Below, one piece after another: positions 44,065 to 55,564 of a stretch of 64,000 nt of DNA. Positions within the stretch are counted from its first letter, which is position 1. Each line of letters starts with the position of its first letter. Under the pieces are notes generated by a model that was given only the letters and a program-made list of their open reading frames with translations, was not told the DNA's origin and ran no database searches. The DNA is from Salinispira sp. (lineage in GTDB: Bacteria > Spirochaetota > Spirochaetia > DSM-27196 > Salinispiraceae). The DNA lies in the NCBI GenBank assembly GCA_965602015.1, contig OZ271918.1:128001-192000 (forward strand), given 5' to 3'. Both the position numbers and the translations under genes were made by a program.

Positions 44065-44815
44065 GGGAAAAATCCAGTTTTGCCGCCAGCTCTGCGCAGG
44101 CCTCGCCGGCCTTCATGGGGATGCGGTAGTTCGATACTCTGTGGGTGAAAAATGATTCTTCGGGATTTATCTCTATGACCGTCGCTCCGCTTTGGCGGGC
44201 GATTCGGGGTATGTCTGCCGCAGGGTAAACCTCTCCGGTGGATCCGATCACCAGCATGACATCGCTTGCAGAAGCGGCTTCATACGCACGGCGGGCGGCA
44301 TCCGGGGGTATTCCTTCCCCGAAAAATATAAAATCAGGCTTGTACAAACCGCCTGCGGGACTCATGGGAGGAAGCTCGTCGGCTGAGAGGTTCTGCAGTT
44401 CCAGGCTCGATGAGGGAATCTTCTCCCCGGTCTTCATGCATATCAGATTCCTGGCATTTCCGTGGTATTCGGCGATGTTGCGGCTCCCGGCCCGATAATG
44501 GAGTTCATCGATGTTTTGGGTAACAAGCAGTTTCAGGATACCCCGTTCCTCCATCGCCGCCAGGAACCGATGGGCATCGTTCGGTTCTTTTTGATGAAAT
44601 TTCATGTAGAATATATCCCGAATCGCGATCCAGCTTTCTTTCGGGTTTTTTAGAAACCAGGATATTTCGAGTACCTCAGGGTCGTAGAGGTCCCAAATAC
44701 CCCCTTCTCCCCGAAACGGCGGTATTCCGCTTTCCACGGATATTCCCGCTCCGGTAAACGCTGTAAGATGCTCTGCAGCGGCAATCGCCTCGGCAGCCCG
44801 TGCTATTTCATCCAT
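44042..44815 (-). CDS. NAD-dependent deacylase (sirtuin, CobB-like)
   Basis: TGAGISVESGIPPFRG, TQNIDELH, HG, FFGE, GSTGEVYPAA, EINP. Confidence 0.95.
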   Translation of the reverse strand: MDEIARAAEAIAAAEHLTAFTGAGISVESGIPPFRGEGGIWDLYDPEVLEISWFLKNPKESWIAIRDIFYMKFHQKEPNDAHRFLAAMEERGILKLLVTQNIDELHYRAGSRNIAEYHGNARNLICMKTGEKIPSSSLELQNLSADELPPMSPAGGLYKPDFIFFGEGIPPDAARRAYEAASASDVMLVIGSTGEVYPAADIPRIARQSGATVIEINPEESFFTHRVSNYRIPMKAGEACAELAAKLDFSLRPESAD

Positions 44816-44900
44816 GAATCCTCCGGAAAGGCAGCCCATTGCCACCAATATGCCTTACTATATAATATGTCGCCAATACTGGCGAACCGGGAGAGTGGGA

Positions 44901-46403
44901 ATGCATTTTTTCAAACGTCTTGAACAGCGAAGCAATAAAATCGACAGCCTGCTGTGCGTAGGCCTTGACCCCCGCCATGCGGTCCAACCTGGAGCCGACC
45001 CGGCGGATAGTCTCTCGGGCATGATCGATGAGAATAAGCGCATCATAGAAGCTACGGCTGACTTGGCTTTGGCCTATAAGCCGAATATCGCATTCTACGA
45101 GGCATTGGGAGCCCCCGGTCTTCAGGCCCTGGAGGTAACCCTGGAGTTTATTCCCGACGAAATCCCGGTTATCCTGGACGCCAAGCGGGGCGACATCGGT
45201 GCTACCGCCCTGGCATACGAACAGGCCAGTTTTGTTCAACTCGGTGTAGATGCCATTACCCTCAGCCCCTACATGGGCCGGGATTCGGTGGAGCCATTTA
45301 TCAATCATGCGGAGAAGGCGGTGTTCCTGCTCTGCCGCACCAGTAACCCCGGGGGCGCCGATCTACAGCTCCTGGAGGATGCCGCCGGAAGGAGCCTTTA
45401 CATGCGGGTTGCCGACGTGGCCGCCAGCTGGGGAGATAATCTCGGCCTCGTGGTGGCCGGCAACGACGAACAGGCCCTGGGGGCGATCCGGGAGCGCCAC
45501 GGCGAACTGTGGTTCCTCAGCCCGGGCATCGGAGCCCAAGGCGGCAATATGGAATCCGCAATCGCCGCCGGAATCAACTCCCGGGGCGGGGGAATTATCC
45601 CGGTGGTTGCCCGGGGAATATCCCAGGCGGATGACCCCGGCGATGCCGCCCGAAATTACGTCGCCCAGCTAAACCGCGCCCGTGACCGGGTGCTCTCCTC
45701 CCGGCCGGCGGCTGGAGCTTCGGCGGCTGGAGGTTCGGCGGCGGGAGATTCGCCGGCTACGGATGCAGCATCAGGATTGCCGGCTGGCGGGTCCGATGCC
45801 CTAAAAAACAGATTGCTCAACGGTCTCATCGATGCGGAATGTTTCAAAACCGGTGAGTTCACCCTGAAGTCCGGGGAGCTGTCGCCGTTTTACATTGATT
45901 TGCGCCGGGTCATGTCGTTTCCCGCCCTCATGAGCGATGCCGCCCGGGCATATTCCCGTCTGCTCCGCGGACTGAGGTCCCGGGGCATCGATTTCGACGC
46001 CATTGCGGGCATACCTGTGGCTGGTCTTCCCCTGGCTCAGGCTGTCAGTCTCGAGACGGGGATTCCGCTGATTTTCCCGCGAATGAACGCCAAAAGCCAC
46101 GGCACGGGCAATACCGTGGAAGGTCGGTGGGAGAGCGGCCAGAGAATCCTGCTTTTGGACGATCTGATAACCAGCGGCAAGAGCAAAATCGAAGCCCTGG
46201 AGATTCTTCGGGAAGCCGGGCTCGTCGTGGAACACCTGGTGGTGCTCATTGAGCGGGGCGTCCGGGGACGGGCCGATATGGAGGCTGCCGGCGTCGAACT
46301 TCTCAGCTTCGCCCAATTACACGAGTTTCTGCCGGTCTGCCGCGACCGGGGTATAATCAGTGAAGAGCAGCGGCAGACCATGGAGGATTTTGCCCGGCAA
46401 TAG
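44901..46403 (+). CDS. pyrFE: Bifunctional OMP decarboxylase - orotate phosphoribosyltransferase fusion
   Basis: CVGLDP, DAKRGDIGAT, PGIGAQGG followed by FTLKSGELSPFYIDLR, LLDDLITSG. Confidence 0.95.
   Translation: MHFFKRLEQRSNKIDSLLCVGLDPRHAVQPGADPADSLSGMIDENKRIIEATADLALAYKPNIAFYEALGAPGLQALEVTLEFIPDEIPVILDAKRGDIGATALAYEQASFVQLGVDAITLSPYMGRDSVEPFINHAEKAVFLLCRTSNPGGADLQLLEDAAGRSLYMRVADVAASWGDNLGLVVAGNDEQALGAIRERHGELWFLSPGIGAQGGNMESAIAAGINSRGGGIIPVVARGISQADDPGDAARNYVAQLNRARDRVLSSRPAAGASAAGGSAAGDSPATDAASGLPAGGSDALKNRLLNGLIDAECFKTGEFTLKSGELSPFYIDLRRVMSFPALMSDAARAYSRLLRGLRSRGIDFDAIAGIPVAGLPLAQAVSLETGIPLIFPRMNAKSHGTGNTVEGRWESGQRILLLDDLITSGKSKIEALEILREAGLVVEHLVVLIERGVRGRADMEAAGVELLSFAQLHEFLPVCRDRGIISEEQRQTMEDFARQ
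45706..45765 (+). repeat. 15-bp in-frame tandem repeat (3 good copies + 1 degenerate) in the pyrFE linker
   Basis: CGGCGGCTGGAGCTT CGGCGGCTGGAGGTT CGGCGGCGGGAGATT CGCCGGCTACGGATG. Confidence 0.8.
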
Positions 46404-46418
46404 TCCGGCTAACAGCCT

Positions 46419-47612
46419 ATGAATGATTTTATTGACACACTGTCAGAATTTATCGACACACCGCTTAGTTTGGGTGAGCTGCTCTCTTTTCCGTTTTCCC
46501 TGCTTGATTTGGGGCTTCGCTTTCTTCTGCCGCTGATTCTCGGCGTGTTTCTCCTTCGCATCCTGCGAAACAGCATCATTAAGGCCCTCGACCGTTCGCG
46601 CCTCAAGGAGGAAACCCGGGAGCGGCTCGTCCGCTGGCTCAAGATTGCCGTTCGGGTTCTCAGCCTCGTCCTGCTCACGGTGTTAGCCGCCGCGCTTTTG
46701 GGCGAAAATTTTATGTCCGTGATGCGCTCTGTTGGATCGGTTCTCAACCAGCCCTTCTTCAAGAGCGGCGACCTTGAGCTTTCTGTGCTCACATTACTGG
46801 CAATGGTCCCGGTGTTCTTCCTGGCCAGCTGGGCGGGCAAGACCAGCCGGATCATCGTGGAAAAGGAGGTCCTCCGGCGTATACCCGTCGACGCCTCACA
46901 GCGGTTCAGCATCGCCAATATTATTCGCTATGTCGTCATGCTGCTGGTGCTGATAATCGGCCTGAGCATCATCGGCATTAATTTCTCCAGTCTCATCGTT
47001 ATTTTCTCCGTTCTCGGTATCGGTATCGGTTTTGGTTTGCAGGGCCTGGTGGCTAATTTTTTTGCGGGGCTGATCATCATTATTACCCGCCCGATCAAGG
47101 AGGGGGATTTCGTGGTGACCGCATCCACAGCATCGCCGGTGGAGGGGCATGTGGTTCGCATCAGCCTGCTGCACTCGGTTATCAATACCCTGCTCAACGA
47201 AACGGTAATCGTGCCCAACACCAACATCATCAATTCTCCGGTGCACAATTACAGTTATGATGACCCCCAGGTTTCCATCCCCATGGATGTTGGGGTGCAT
47301 TACAACAGCGACCTGGAGCAGGTGGAGCAAATTCTCCTGGCGGTCGGCCGCTCATGCCCCTACTGGAGCCGCAAGACCGAGCCCCGGGTGCTGGTTATCA
47401 ATTTCGGGAATTCAAGCATCGATATGCGGCTCATCGTGCGCATTGCCGAGGGCAGCGAACGCTTTTTTGCCCTTTCCTGGTTGAGGATGGAGACCTGGCG
47501 CCAGTTCAAGAAGGCCGGCGTCGTCATTCCGTATCCCCAGATGGATCTCTACATAAAAGAGGGAATTCCCGGCGGTTTGAGAATCGAAGACCGGAACACC
47601 GGAAACGAGTAG
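46419..47612 (+). CDS. MscS family mechanosensitive channel
   Basis: GIGIGFGLQGLVANFFAGLII, IKEGD, IVPN, IPYPQ. Confidence 0.95.
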   Translation: MNDFIDTLSEFIDTPLSLGELLSFPFSLLDLGLRFLLPLILGVFLLRILRNSIIKALDRSRLKEETRERLVRWLKIAVRVLSLVLLTVLAAALLGENFMSVMRSVGSVLNQPFFKSGDLELSVLTLLAMVPVFFLASWAGKTSRIIVEKEVLRRIPVDASQRFSIANIIRYVVMLLVLIIGLSIIGINFSSLIVIFSVLGIGIGFGLQGLVANFFAGLIIIITRPIKEGDFVVTASTASPVEGHVVRISLLHSVINTLLNETVIVPNTNIINSPVHNYSYDDPQVSIPMDVGVHYNSDLEQVEQILLAVGRSCPYWSRKTEPRVLVINFGNSSIDMRLIVRIAEGSERFFALSWLRMETWRQFKKAGVVIPYPQMDLYIKEGIPGGLRIEDRNTGNE

Positions 47613-47671
47613 CATTGGCCTTGTGGCGCTTGCCGCTTGCCCGCCGGGCCGGCTGAGTCTACACTTGAGAC

Positions 47672-50600
47672 ATGAAACTCAGGGAACTCTCGTTTTACTA
47701 CCGTAAGTTTAAATTCGGCGAGGACAACTTCCACAACCTCATGCCCTACCGCATCAGGCGCATTTTATTAATTTCTACCTTCTATGATGCGTATATTTTC
47801 GAACACGATTCGCTGCTCTCCGATCAGCTGGTTGGGGAATACCATCAGCTCAACCTCACCAGCATCCCCAGAATGATATCCGTGCCCACAGCCCAGGACG
47901 CCTTGGACATCCTCGAAAAGGAGACTTTCGATATCGTCATCACCACCATGAGGACCGGAGAGATCTCTTGCTTCGACCTGGCTGCGGACATAAAAAACCG
48001 GCACCCGGACATGCCGGTTGTTCTCCTGCTCACGAATAAAACGGAAATACCCCTTATCGAGCGGCGTATGTACCAGTCGGGGGCCGATTCTCCCAGGGAA
48101 CGGGACATCCCCATCGAATCGGACAGCCCCGTGGGAAAATTTCAGCCAGATTCACCGGAGAGTGATGTACCCGATCTTCAGCCGCAAATGATCACGGGCT
48201 GGAAGGGGGTGTTTGATGAAATTTTCCTGTGGACCGGCGGGCCGAGGGTTTTTCTTTCCATCATCAAGAATATCGAGGACTACCGCAATGTCCGGCACGA
48301 CATCCGTCAGGGCCTGGTAAGGGTCCTGCTCCTGGTTGAAGATTCCATCGAGTTTTCTTCGATTTTTTTACCGGTGCTGTACACCGAACTGATGGAGCAG
48401 ATTCAGGCCCTTATAGCCCATGAACAGAATAACCATAAAAAATACCTTCGAATGCGCACCCGGCCTAAGATCCTGCTTGCGAGAAGCTTTGAGGAAGCCA
48501 TGGTCATTCTGGAAACCTTCGGCAGCAGCATGCTCGGTGTCATTACCGACGGCGAGTTCCCCATAAACGGCCGAATCGTCAGCGATGCCGGTGCCCGGCT
48601 GCACAGGGAAATCCGCAAAATGGACTCCCAGCTTCCGGTACTTTATCAATCCATGAACCCCGAAGGCCGCAGCATCGCAGCCGAGCGGGATCTGCCGTTT
48701 ATCAGCAAGAAGGATCCCCGGCTACGGGAGGAGCTTCGGGCATTCCTGCGGCTCAACCTGGGATTCGGGGATTTTGTCTTCCGCAGTGAGGACGGCCGGG
48801 AAATTGACCGGGCCAGAAATGTCAGGGATTTCGTCAGGCTCATTCCCACGATTCCCGGGGAATCGCTGATGTATCACGCCCGCCGGGATCATTTCTCCAC
48901 CTGGCTTCGGGCCCACGGGGAATTCGACGTGGCACGGCTGGTAAAGCAGAAGAAGCATATCGATTACAAGGATGTGGAGGATGCCAGGGGTTTTCTGATT
49001 GACAGCTTTCTCAAGGTCCGGCGCATGCAAAATCACGGAAATATCGTTGATTTTTCCCCCGACGTCCTCGATGAAAAAGATATTGTCGTGCGCTTGGGTA
49101 AGGGAAGCATCGGCGGCAAGGGCCGGGGACTGGCATTTATGAACGCCCTGATATCGACCATGAATCCCGATGAGTTGTGGGAAGAAATGGAAGTTCTGGT
49201 CCCCCGCACTTTTATTATTGCCACCGATGTATTCGATGAGTTCATCGAAAGCAACGAACTGGTGCGCAGCCGCCTTGCCGGTCGAAGCGATCAGGAAATC
49301 CGAATGATTTTCGCCTCCTCACGGCTGCCCGGCCGCATTGAGCAGCAGCTCGAGCAGCTGTTGAAGGTGTTTACCCGGCCCCTGGCGGTTCGGTCTTCGA
49401 GTCTTCTAGAGGATAGCCAGGCCCAGCCCTTCAGCGGCGTCTATGAAACCTACATGATTCCAAACGCCGCCCACGGAATCAGCGAACGGCTCGAGCAATT
49501 GGCACTGGCCATTAAGCTGGTGTACGCCTCGGCCTTCCTCAACGAGGCGGTTTTGTACATCGAAAACCTCCGCTTCTCCAGCGAGGAAGAGAAAATGGCG
49601 GTGGTAATACAGGAATTGGCGGGAGAAAAGCACGGCGGGTATTACTACCCCAATATCTCGGGAGTAGGGCAGAGCTGGAACTACTATCCCGTTGGTCCCA
49701 TGAGTACTTCCGACAAGGTGTGCTCCATAGCCATGGGGTTGGGTCATATGGTGGTCGGGGGGTCGAGGAGCTTTATGTTCAGTCCCGACTGGCCCAAGAT
49801 TCCCTATCACAGTCTGGAGGATTCGCTGAAATACTCCCAGTCAAAATTCTTCGCTCTTCAGCTGGACTGCGGCAGCGATGAAATTATTAAGGGGGAATTC
49901 AGCAGTCTTGTGGGCCTAAGCCTGCGTAAAGCCGAAGAGGCCGGAGCCTTGAAGCACCTTGCGGTTGTGTATGACGGCGCCAGCAATGCCATCCGGGATG
50001 ACTTAAGCCAGCCGGGACCGCGGCTGGTCAACTTCAGGGGCGTTCTTGAGTACGAGGTCATTCCCCTCTCCGAGGTGTTGAGGGAACTCATCGACATGTT
50101 GAAGATGGCTTTGGGAACCCATGTGGAAATCGAGTTCGCCGTCGTTATGCCCAGGCGGCGCGAGGAAAAGCCCCGCTTTTATTTGCTACAGTTTCGGCCT
50201 CTGAATGTGGCCGCAGAAGATTCCATGCCCGATGACCTGCCGGTGGACCGGAAGCGCATACTCTATTACAGCGATGAAAGCCTGGGCAACGGGCGGCTGT
50301 CAGGACTGCGGGATGTTCTTCTGGTGGATCCCGCAGCCTGGGATCACCTCCAAACCGAAAAAATCCGGTGGGAAATAGCGGCGTTTAATCAGCTTATGAA
50401 GGAGCAGGCGCGACAATACATCCTCATCGGCCCCGGGCGCTGGGGAAGCCGGGACCGCTTCCTGGGCGTTCCGGTGCAATGGCCGGAGATCAGCATGGCC
50501 AGGATACTGGTGGAGCTTGCAATCGAACAGTACGATATTGACGCGAGCCAGGGCTCCCATTTCCTGCATAACATTATCGCCATGAACGTGGGCTACGCCC

Positions 50601-50785
50601 ATATCGGATTGAAGGGCAAGAGCTTTTTTAATCTCGACGCCCTGAGCACAAGCGCTGGGTTCACTGAAAAAACCGGCGAACTGGGAGACTCGCCCAAGTA
50701 TATACGTCATTTTACATCGCAAAACGAGCTCGGGGTGGCCCTGGCCGGCAAGACCGGGGAGTCAATCGTTTATTTAACCACTTAA
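47672..50785 (+). CDS. PEP/pyruvate-binding (PPDK_N ATP-grasp) protein with N-terminal receiver-like domains
   Basis: IGGKGRGLAF, LAVRSSSLLEDS, EEKMAVVIQE, EIEFAV, LLQFRP, GPGRWGSRD, SQGSHFLHN. Confidence 0.88.
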   Translation: MKLRELSFYYRKFKFGEDNFHNLMPYRIRRILLISTFYDAYIFEHDSLLSDQLVGEYHQLNLTSIPRMISVPTAQDALDILEKETFDIVITTMRTGEISCFDLAADIKNRHPDMPVVLLLTNKTEIPLIERRMYQSGADSPRERDIPIESDSPVGKFQPDSPESDVPDLQPQMITGWKGVFDEIFLWTGGPRVFLSIIKNIEDYRNVRHDIRQGLVRVLLLVEDSIEFSSIFLPVLYTELMEQIQALIAHEQNNHKKYLRMRTRPKILLARSFEEAMVILETFGSSMLGVITDGEFPINGRIVSDAGARLHREIRKMDSQLPVLYQSMNPEGRSIAAERDLPFISKKDPRLREELRAFLRLNLGFGDFVFRSEDGREIDRARNVRDFVRLIPTIPGESLMYHARRDHFSTWLRAHGEFDVARLVKQKKHIDYKDVEDARGFLIDSFLKVRRMQNHGNIVDFSPDVLDEKDIVVRLGKGSIGGKGRGLAFMNALISTMNPDELWEEMEVLVPRTFIIATDVFDEFIESNELVRSRLAGRSDQEIRMIFASSRLPGRIEQQLEQLLKVFTRPLAVRSSSLLEDSQAQPFSGVYETYMIPNAAHGISERLEQLALAIKLVYASAFLNEAVLYIENLRFSSEEEKMAVVIQELAGEKHGGYYYPNISGVGQSWNYYPVGPMSTSDKVCSIAMGLGHMVVGGSRSFMFSPDWPKIPYHSLEDSLKYSQSKFFALQLDCGSDEIIKGEFSSLVGLSLRKAEEAGALKHLAVVYDGASNAIRDDLSQPGPRLVNFRGVLEYEVIPLSEVLRELIDMLKMALGTHVEIEFAVVMPRRREEKPRFYLLQFRPLNVAAEDSMPDDLPVDRKRILYYSDESLGNGRLSGLRDVLLVDPAAWDHLQTEKIRWEIAAFNQLMKEQARQYILIGPGRWGSRDRFLGVPVQWPEISMARILVELAIEQYDIDASQGSHFLHNIIAMNVGYAHIGLKGKSFFNLDALSTSAGFTEKTGELGDSPKYIRHFTSQNELGVALAGKTGESIVYLTT

Positions 50786-50832
50786 CGAACGTTTAGCACT
50801 TACCACTACAGCAGTAACAAAACCGGTTTGCC

Positions 50833-52225
<1,393 letters not shown>

Positions 52226-52317
52226 ACAAAGCAATTAATAATGTGTGACGCTGACCGGCAGCGCGTTTCCGTCGGCGGGATTTTGCAGAAAAGCCCGTGT
52301 TGACCTACAATGGTCCT

Positions 52318-54594
52318 ATGGAAATCCGCCGCCCGGTCAGCGTTTTTTTATGCCTCATCGCGGTTTGCACCTTCGCTTCCCTTCACGCTCAAAATCCGAT
52401 TGCCCTCGGCCGTCCGGTTCGCATCGGCGTTTTTCCCGCCTATCCCGTCAGCTTTATCGAGGACTCCGGCGAGGTTCGGGGGCTGGCCCCCGACACCCTG
52501 GAAGCAATTTTTGACGAGTTTCAGATTCCCTGGGAATTTCGCGAATTTCCCAGCTTCGCTTCGGCTATCGAAGCCATTGCGAGCCGCGAAATCGATATTT
52601 TGGGAGGCGCAATTAAAACTCCTGAGCGGGAAGCCATTTACACGTTCAACGAAGAACCCTTCCTGGTTTCCTGGGGACAGGTGTACAGCGCCGGAGAACG
52701 GGAATTCACCAGCCTCTTCGATTTGCGAAATTTACGCATCGGCCTGATGGTCGGCGGACAAAACGGCATCAATTTCCTGGAGACCATGAATGCATTCGAT
52801 ATCGGCTTTTCTCCCGTCTATTATCAAAATCACGGAGAAATTACCGATGCCATCCTTATGGGAGAGGTAGACGCGGGCATTTTCTACAGTGTGTACTTTC
52901 TCGGGGAAGAGCGCATCAAACCGACCGATGTGGTGTTTTCCCCGACCTCAGTGTATTTCATAAGCGATCCGGGAAATCTCCCGGGCCTTATGGAGCTCAT
53001 CGACCGATGGCTTGCGGATCAAAAACGGCGAGAGGGTTCGCGTTTTAATGAAATCCAGAACGAGTATCTGTCCACCGGTCAGGTCCGGGTAACCCCGGCG
53101 TGGGTTCGTCTGGCGCTCCTGGTTTCCGGCGGGGTGATTGCCCTGGCTGTGCTGTTTATCATGCTGCTCAGACTTCAGACCGTACAGCTGCAGCGCCGGA
53201 TCCGTTCCGACGAGGCCAAGTACTCGGTAATGTTTTCCGCTAGCGGCAACGGCGTTATTCTGGTATCCCTGCCAAACGAGCAAAACCCCCGGATTGAGGA
53301 AATGAACCCCAGCGCCCGACGCCTCATCGGACTGCCCGAAGGGAATCATTCGGGAATCCGGCTGTCCGATATCTTTGAGCCTGGCCTTCCACCCGATGCC
53401 CTGAGGAGAGAAGCGACCGGCGAAGCGCAAAAAATCACTTCCGGTATTGTTAACCGGGAAAGCTCCGAAGAAATTCCCGTGGATGTTCACATAAGCAATT
53501 TGGAACTCTCCGGCGAGCCCCATGCTTTGATTGTGATCATGGATCTTCGGCGGCAGCTGGAGGAGGAAAAACGGTATCGGACAATTGCGGACCACATATA
53601 CGGCTGGGAGTTCTGGACCGACGAGCTGCACAATTACCGATATGTGAGTCCGGGAATCCAGCGGATGACCGGCTACGCTCCCGAAAACTTTTATGAAGAC
53701 AGCAATTTTGTCTCTTCGATTATTCATCCGGATGACCGGGAGAAATGGTTGAGCCATCGCATACGGGACGTGCATGAGCATGAAGCGCAACACGGCCATC
53801 TCGAGTTTCGCCTGATTACTGCCGACGGAGACCTGCGCTGGATTGAGCATAATTGCGTCGCGCTGTTCGGCCCCGGGGGGCGCTGCATTGGCTTCCGGGG
53901 AAGTAACCACGATGTGACCGAGCGCAAAAATTTCGAAGCCCGGCAGCAACGGGATTTGGATGAGAAAACCGTCATGATGCAGGAAATCCATCACCGGGTT
54001 AAAAACAACCTGCAGACCATCTCGAGCTTAATCAATATTCAGGCCGGGCAGATCGCGGACCGCCGGGCAGCGGGCTATCTGCAGGACATGTCTATGCGTA
54101 TATACGCCATGGGAGAGTTGCACAAACGGCTCTATCAGGGCGGCGATTTAAGCAATGTGAATCTTAAGGAGTACTGCCTCGATTTGGTCAATCAACTGCG
54201 AAGTTCGTATGCCGGCGATTCTGTGGATGTCGATGTGGAGATCGTCTCGGCTGATATTTTCTCCAATATGGATACGGCGATTCCCTTTGGGTTAATATTA
54301 AATGAGGCGGTGACCAATGCCTTCAAGTACGCCTTTAGCTCGGGCACCGGAGAAATAATCATAAAGATTGACCGGAACGAGGATGACTACCAGCTCGTGG
54401 TGCAGGACACCGGCCCGGGCTTTCCCCCGGATGTTCTGGACGGCAGCCGCAGGGGTCTGGGCTTCCAGATTATGGAGCTCCTCACTACCCAGTTAGGGGG
54501 AGAAATCCGGTTCGAAAATCATATGGGGGCCGCGGTGAACGTCAATTTTGCCCGGGTAGTAAAAGAGGAGAAACGGTGGAACAGAAGCGGGTAA
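52318..54594 (+). CDS. Sensor histidine kinase (SBP_bac_3-TM-PAS-PAS-HisKA_2)
   Basis: Periplasmic binding domain, PAS IHPDDR, EIHHRVKNNLQ, NEAVTNAFKYA, DTGPGF. Confidence 0.93.
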   Translation: MEIRRPVSVFLCLIAVCTFASLHAQNPIALGRPVRIGVFPAYPVSFIEDSGEVRGLAPDTLEAIFDEFQIPWEFREFPSFASAIEAIASREIDILGGAIKTPEREAIYTFNEEPFLVSWGQVYSAGEREFTSLFDLRNLRIGLMVGGQNGINFLETMNAFDIGFSPVYYQNHGEITDAILMGEVDAGIFYSVYFLGEERIKPTDVVFSPTSVYFISDPGNLPGLMELIDRWLADQKRREGSRFNEIQNEYLSTGQVRVTPAWVRLALLVSGGVIALAVLFIMLLRLQTVQLQRRIRSDEAKYSVMFSASGNGVILVSLPNEQNPRIEEMNPSARRLIGLPEGNHSGIRLSDIFEPGLPPDALRREATGEAQKITSGIVNRESSEEIPVDVHISNLELSGEPHALIVIMDLRRQLEEEKRYRTIADHIYGWEFWTDELHNYRYVSPGIQRMTGYAPENFYEDSNFVSSIIHPDDREKWLSHRIRDVHEHEAQHGHLEFRLITADGDLRWIEHNCVALFGPGGRCIGFRGSNHDVTERKNFEARQQRDLDEKTVMMQEIHHRVKNNLQTISSLINIQAGQIADRRAAGYLQDMSMRIYAMGELHKRLYQGGDLSNVNLKEYCLDLVNQLRSSYAGDSVDVDVEIVSADIFSNMDTAIPFGLILNEAVTNAFKYAFSSGTGEIIIKIDRNEDDYQLVVQDTGPGFPPDVLDGSRRGLGFQIMELLTTQLGGEIRFENHMGAAVNVNFARVVKEEKRWNRSG

Positions 54595-54926
54595 TGATAG
54601 TGGAAGATGAGCTCATCCCCGCGCTGGATTTAAAACTGCAGCTCGAGCGCCACGGGGTCACCTGTACTGGAATGTTCGTCAGCGCCGAAAAAGCCCTCGC
54701 TGCATTCGAGACGGATCCCGTGGATTTCCTTTTCCTCGATGTATACCTCGCCGGCGATATGGATGGCATTGACCTGGCTGCGGCTTTGAAGGGTAGGGCC
54801 GAAATTGTTTTTATATCGGCCTCCGACGATGATATAACAAAGGCCCGGATGGCTTCGGTGAACCATCGGGCCGTCATTCAAAAACCGTACAATTTCTCTG
54901 AAATACTTACTGCCATCAGGGAATAG
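54576..54926 (+). CDS. Single-domain response regulator
   Basis: IVEDE, LDVYL, DGIDLA, ISA, KP. Confidence 0.92.
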   Translation: MEQKRVMIVEDELIPALDLKLQLERHGVTCTGMFVSAEKALAAFETDPVDFLFLDVYLAGDMDGIDLAAALKGRAEIVFISASDDDITKARMASVNHRAVIQKPYNFSEILTAIRE

Positions 54927-54928
54927 GA

Positions 54929-55393
54929 TTACAGTTTGATTTCTTCTCCGGCAAGGGCTTTGCTGACCGGCGAAGTCGAGTCCTTGTCCATAACCCGTGC
55001 GAGCGTGATGCCGTCGAAGAAGCGGTTGATGTGATCGCTGGCTTCCTTCCACACATTGTGCACCAGGCAGGTGTCGACCTTGGTGCACTCAACATCGCCG
55101 TCGTCATTGCAGGTAGTGCAGGGGGTCAGATCGAGTCCCTCGTCAACCGCCTCGAAAATCTGCTTAACGGTGATCTCTTCTGGGTCCAGCTTGAGGATGA
55201 ATCCGCCCCCGGGACCTCTGACCGAGTTGATAACTCCGCCCTTTTTCAGACGAAAGAAAATCTGCTCCAGAAATTCTGGTGAAATTTCCTCCTCGGCAGC
55301 GATTACCTTTATGGCCTTTGGTTTGTCCTGCGGCGAGAGAGCGAGATTTGTCATTGCCCGAAGGGCGTAGCGTCCTTTTGTGGTTATTCTCAT
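54929..55393 (-). CDS. Rrf2 family regulator (IscR-like, Cys cluster)
   Basis: MRITTKGRYALRAM, LEQIF, SVRGPGGGF, CTTC...C...CLVH. Confidence 0.95.
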   Translation of the reverse strand: MRITTKGRYALRAMTNLALSPQDKPKAIKVIAAEEEISPEFLEQIFFRLKKGGVINSVRGPGGGFILKLDPEEITVKQIFEAVDEGLDLTPCTTCNDDGDVECTKVDTCLVHNVWKEASDHINRFFDGITLARVMDKDSTSPVSKALAGEEIKL

Positions 55394-55490
55394 AAAGTTC
55401 TACTCTTACCCATGTAATTTTATATGATTTTTTAACTCTACTTTACCTTTGTTGAATTTGCAAGTCATATATTGTCAGCGATTCACACAG

Positions 55491-55515
55491 AAAAGGCCTT
55501 CCCGAAGGAAGGCCC
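55491..55515 (-). terminator. Intrinsic terminator of efp
   Basis: Minus strand GGCCTTCC-TTCG-GGAAGGCC-TTTT. Confidence 0.8.
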
Positions 55516-55564
55516 TGCATGAAATGTGATATTTGCTCAATAAAAGCCCTGGAAAGAAGGGCCG

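Noticed and set aside
55399..55447. Imperfect direct repeat TCTACT(C)TTACC upstream of the Rrf2 gene
   Set aside because: Could be an autoregulatory site but is too short and matches no Rrf2 motif I can name
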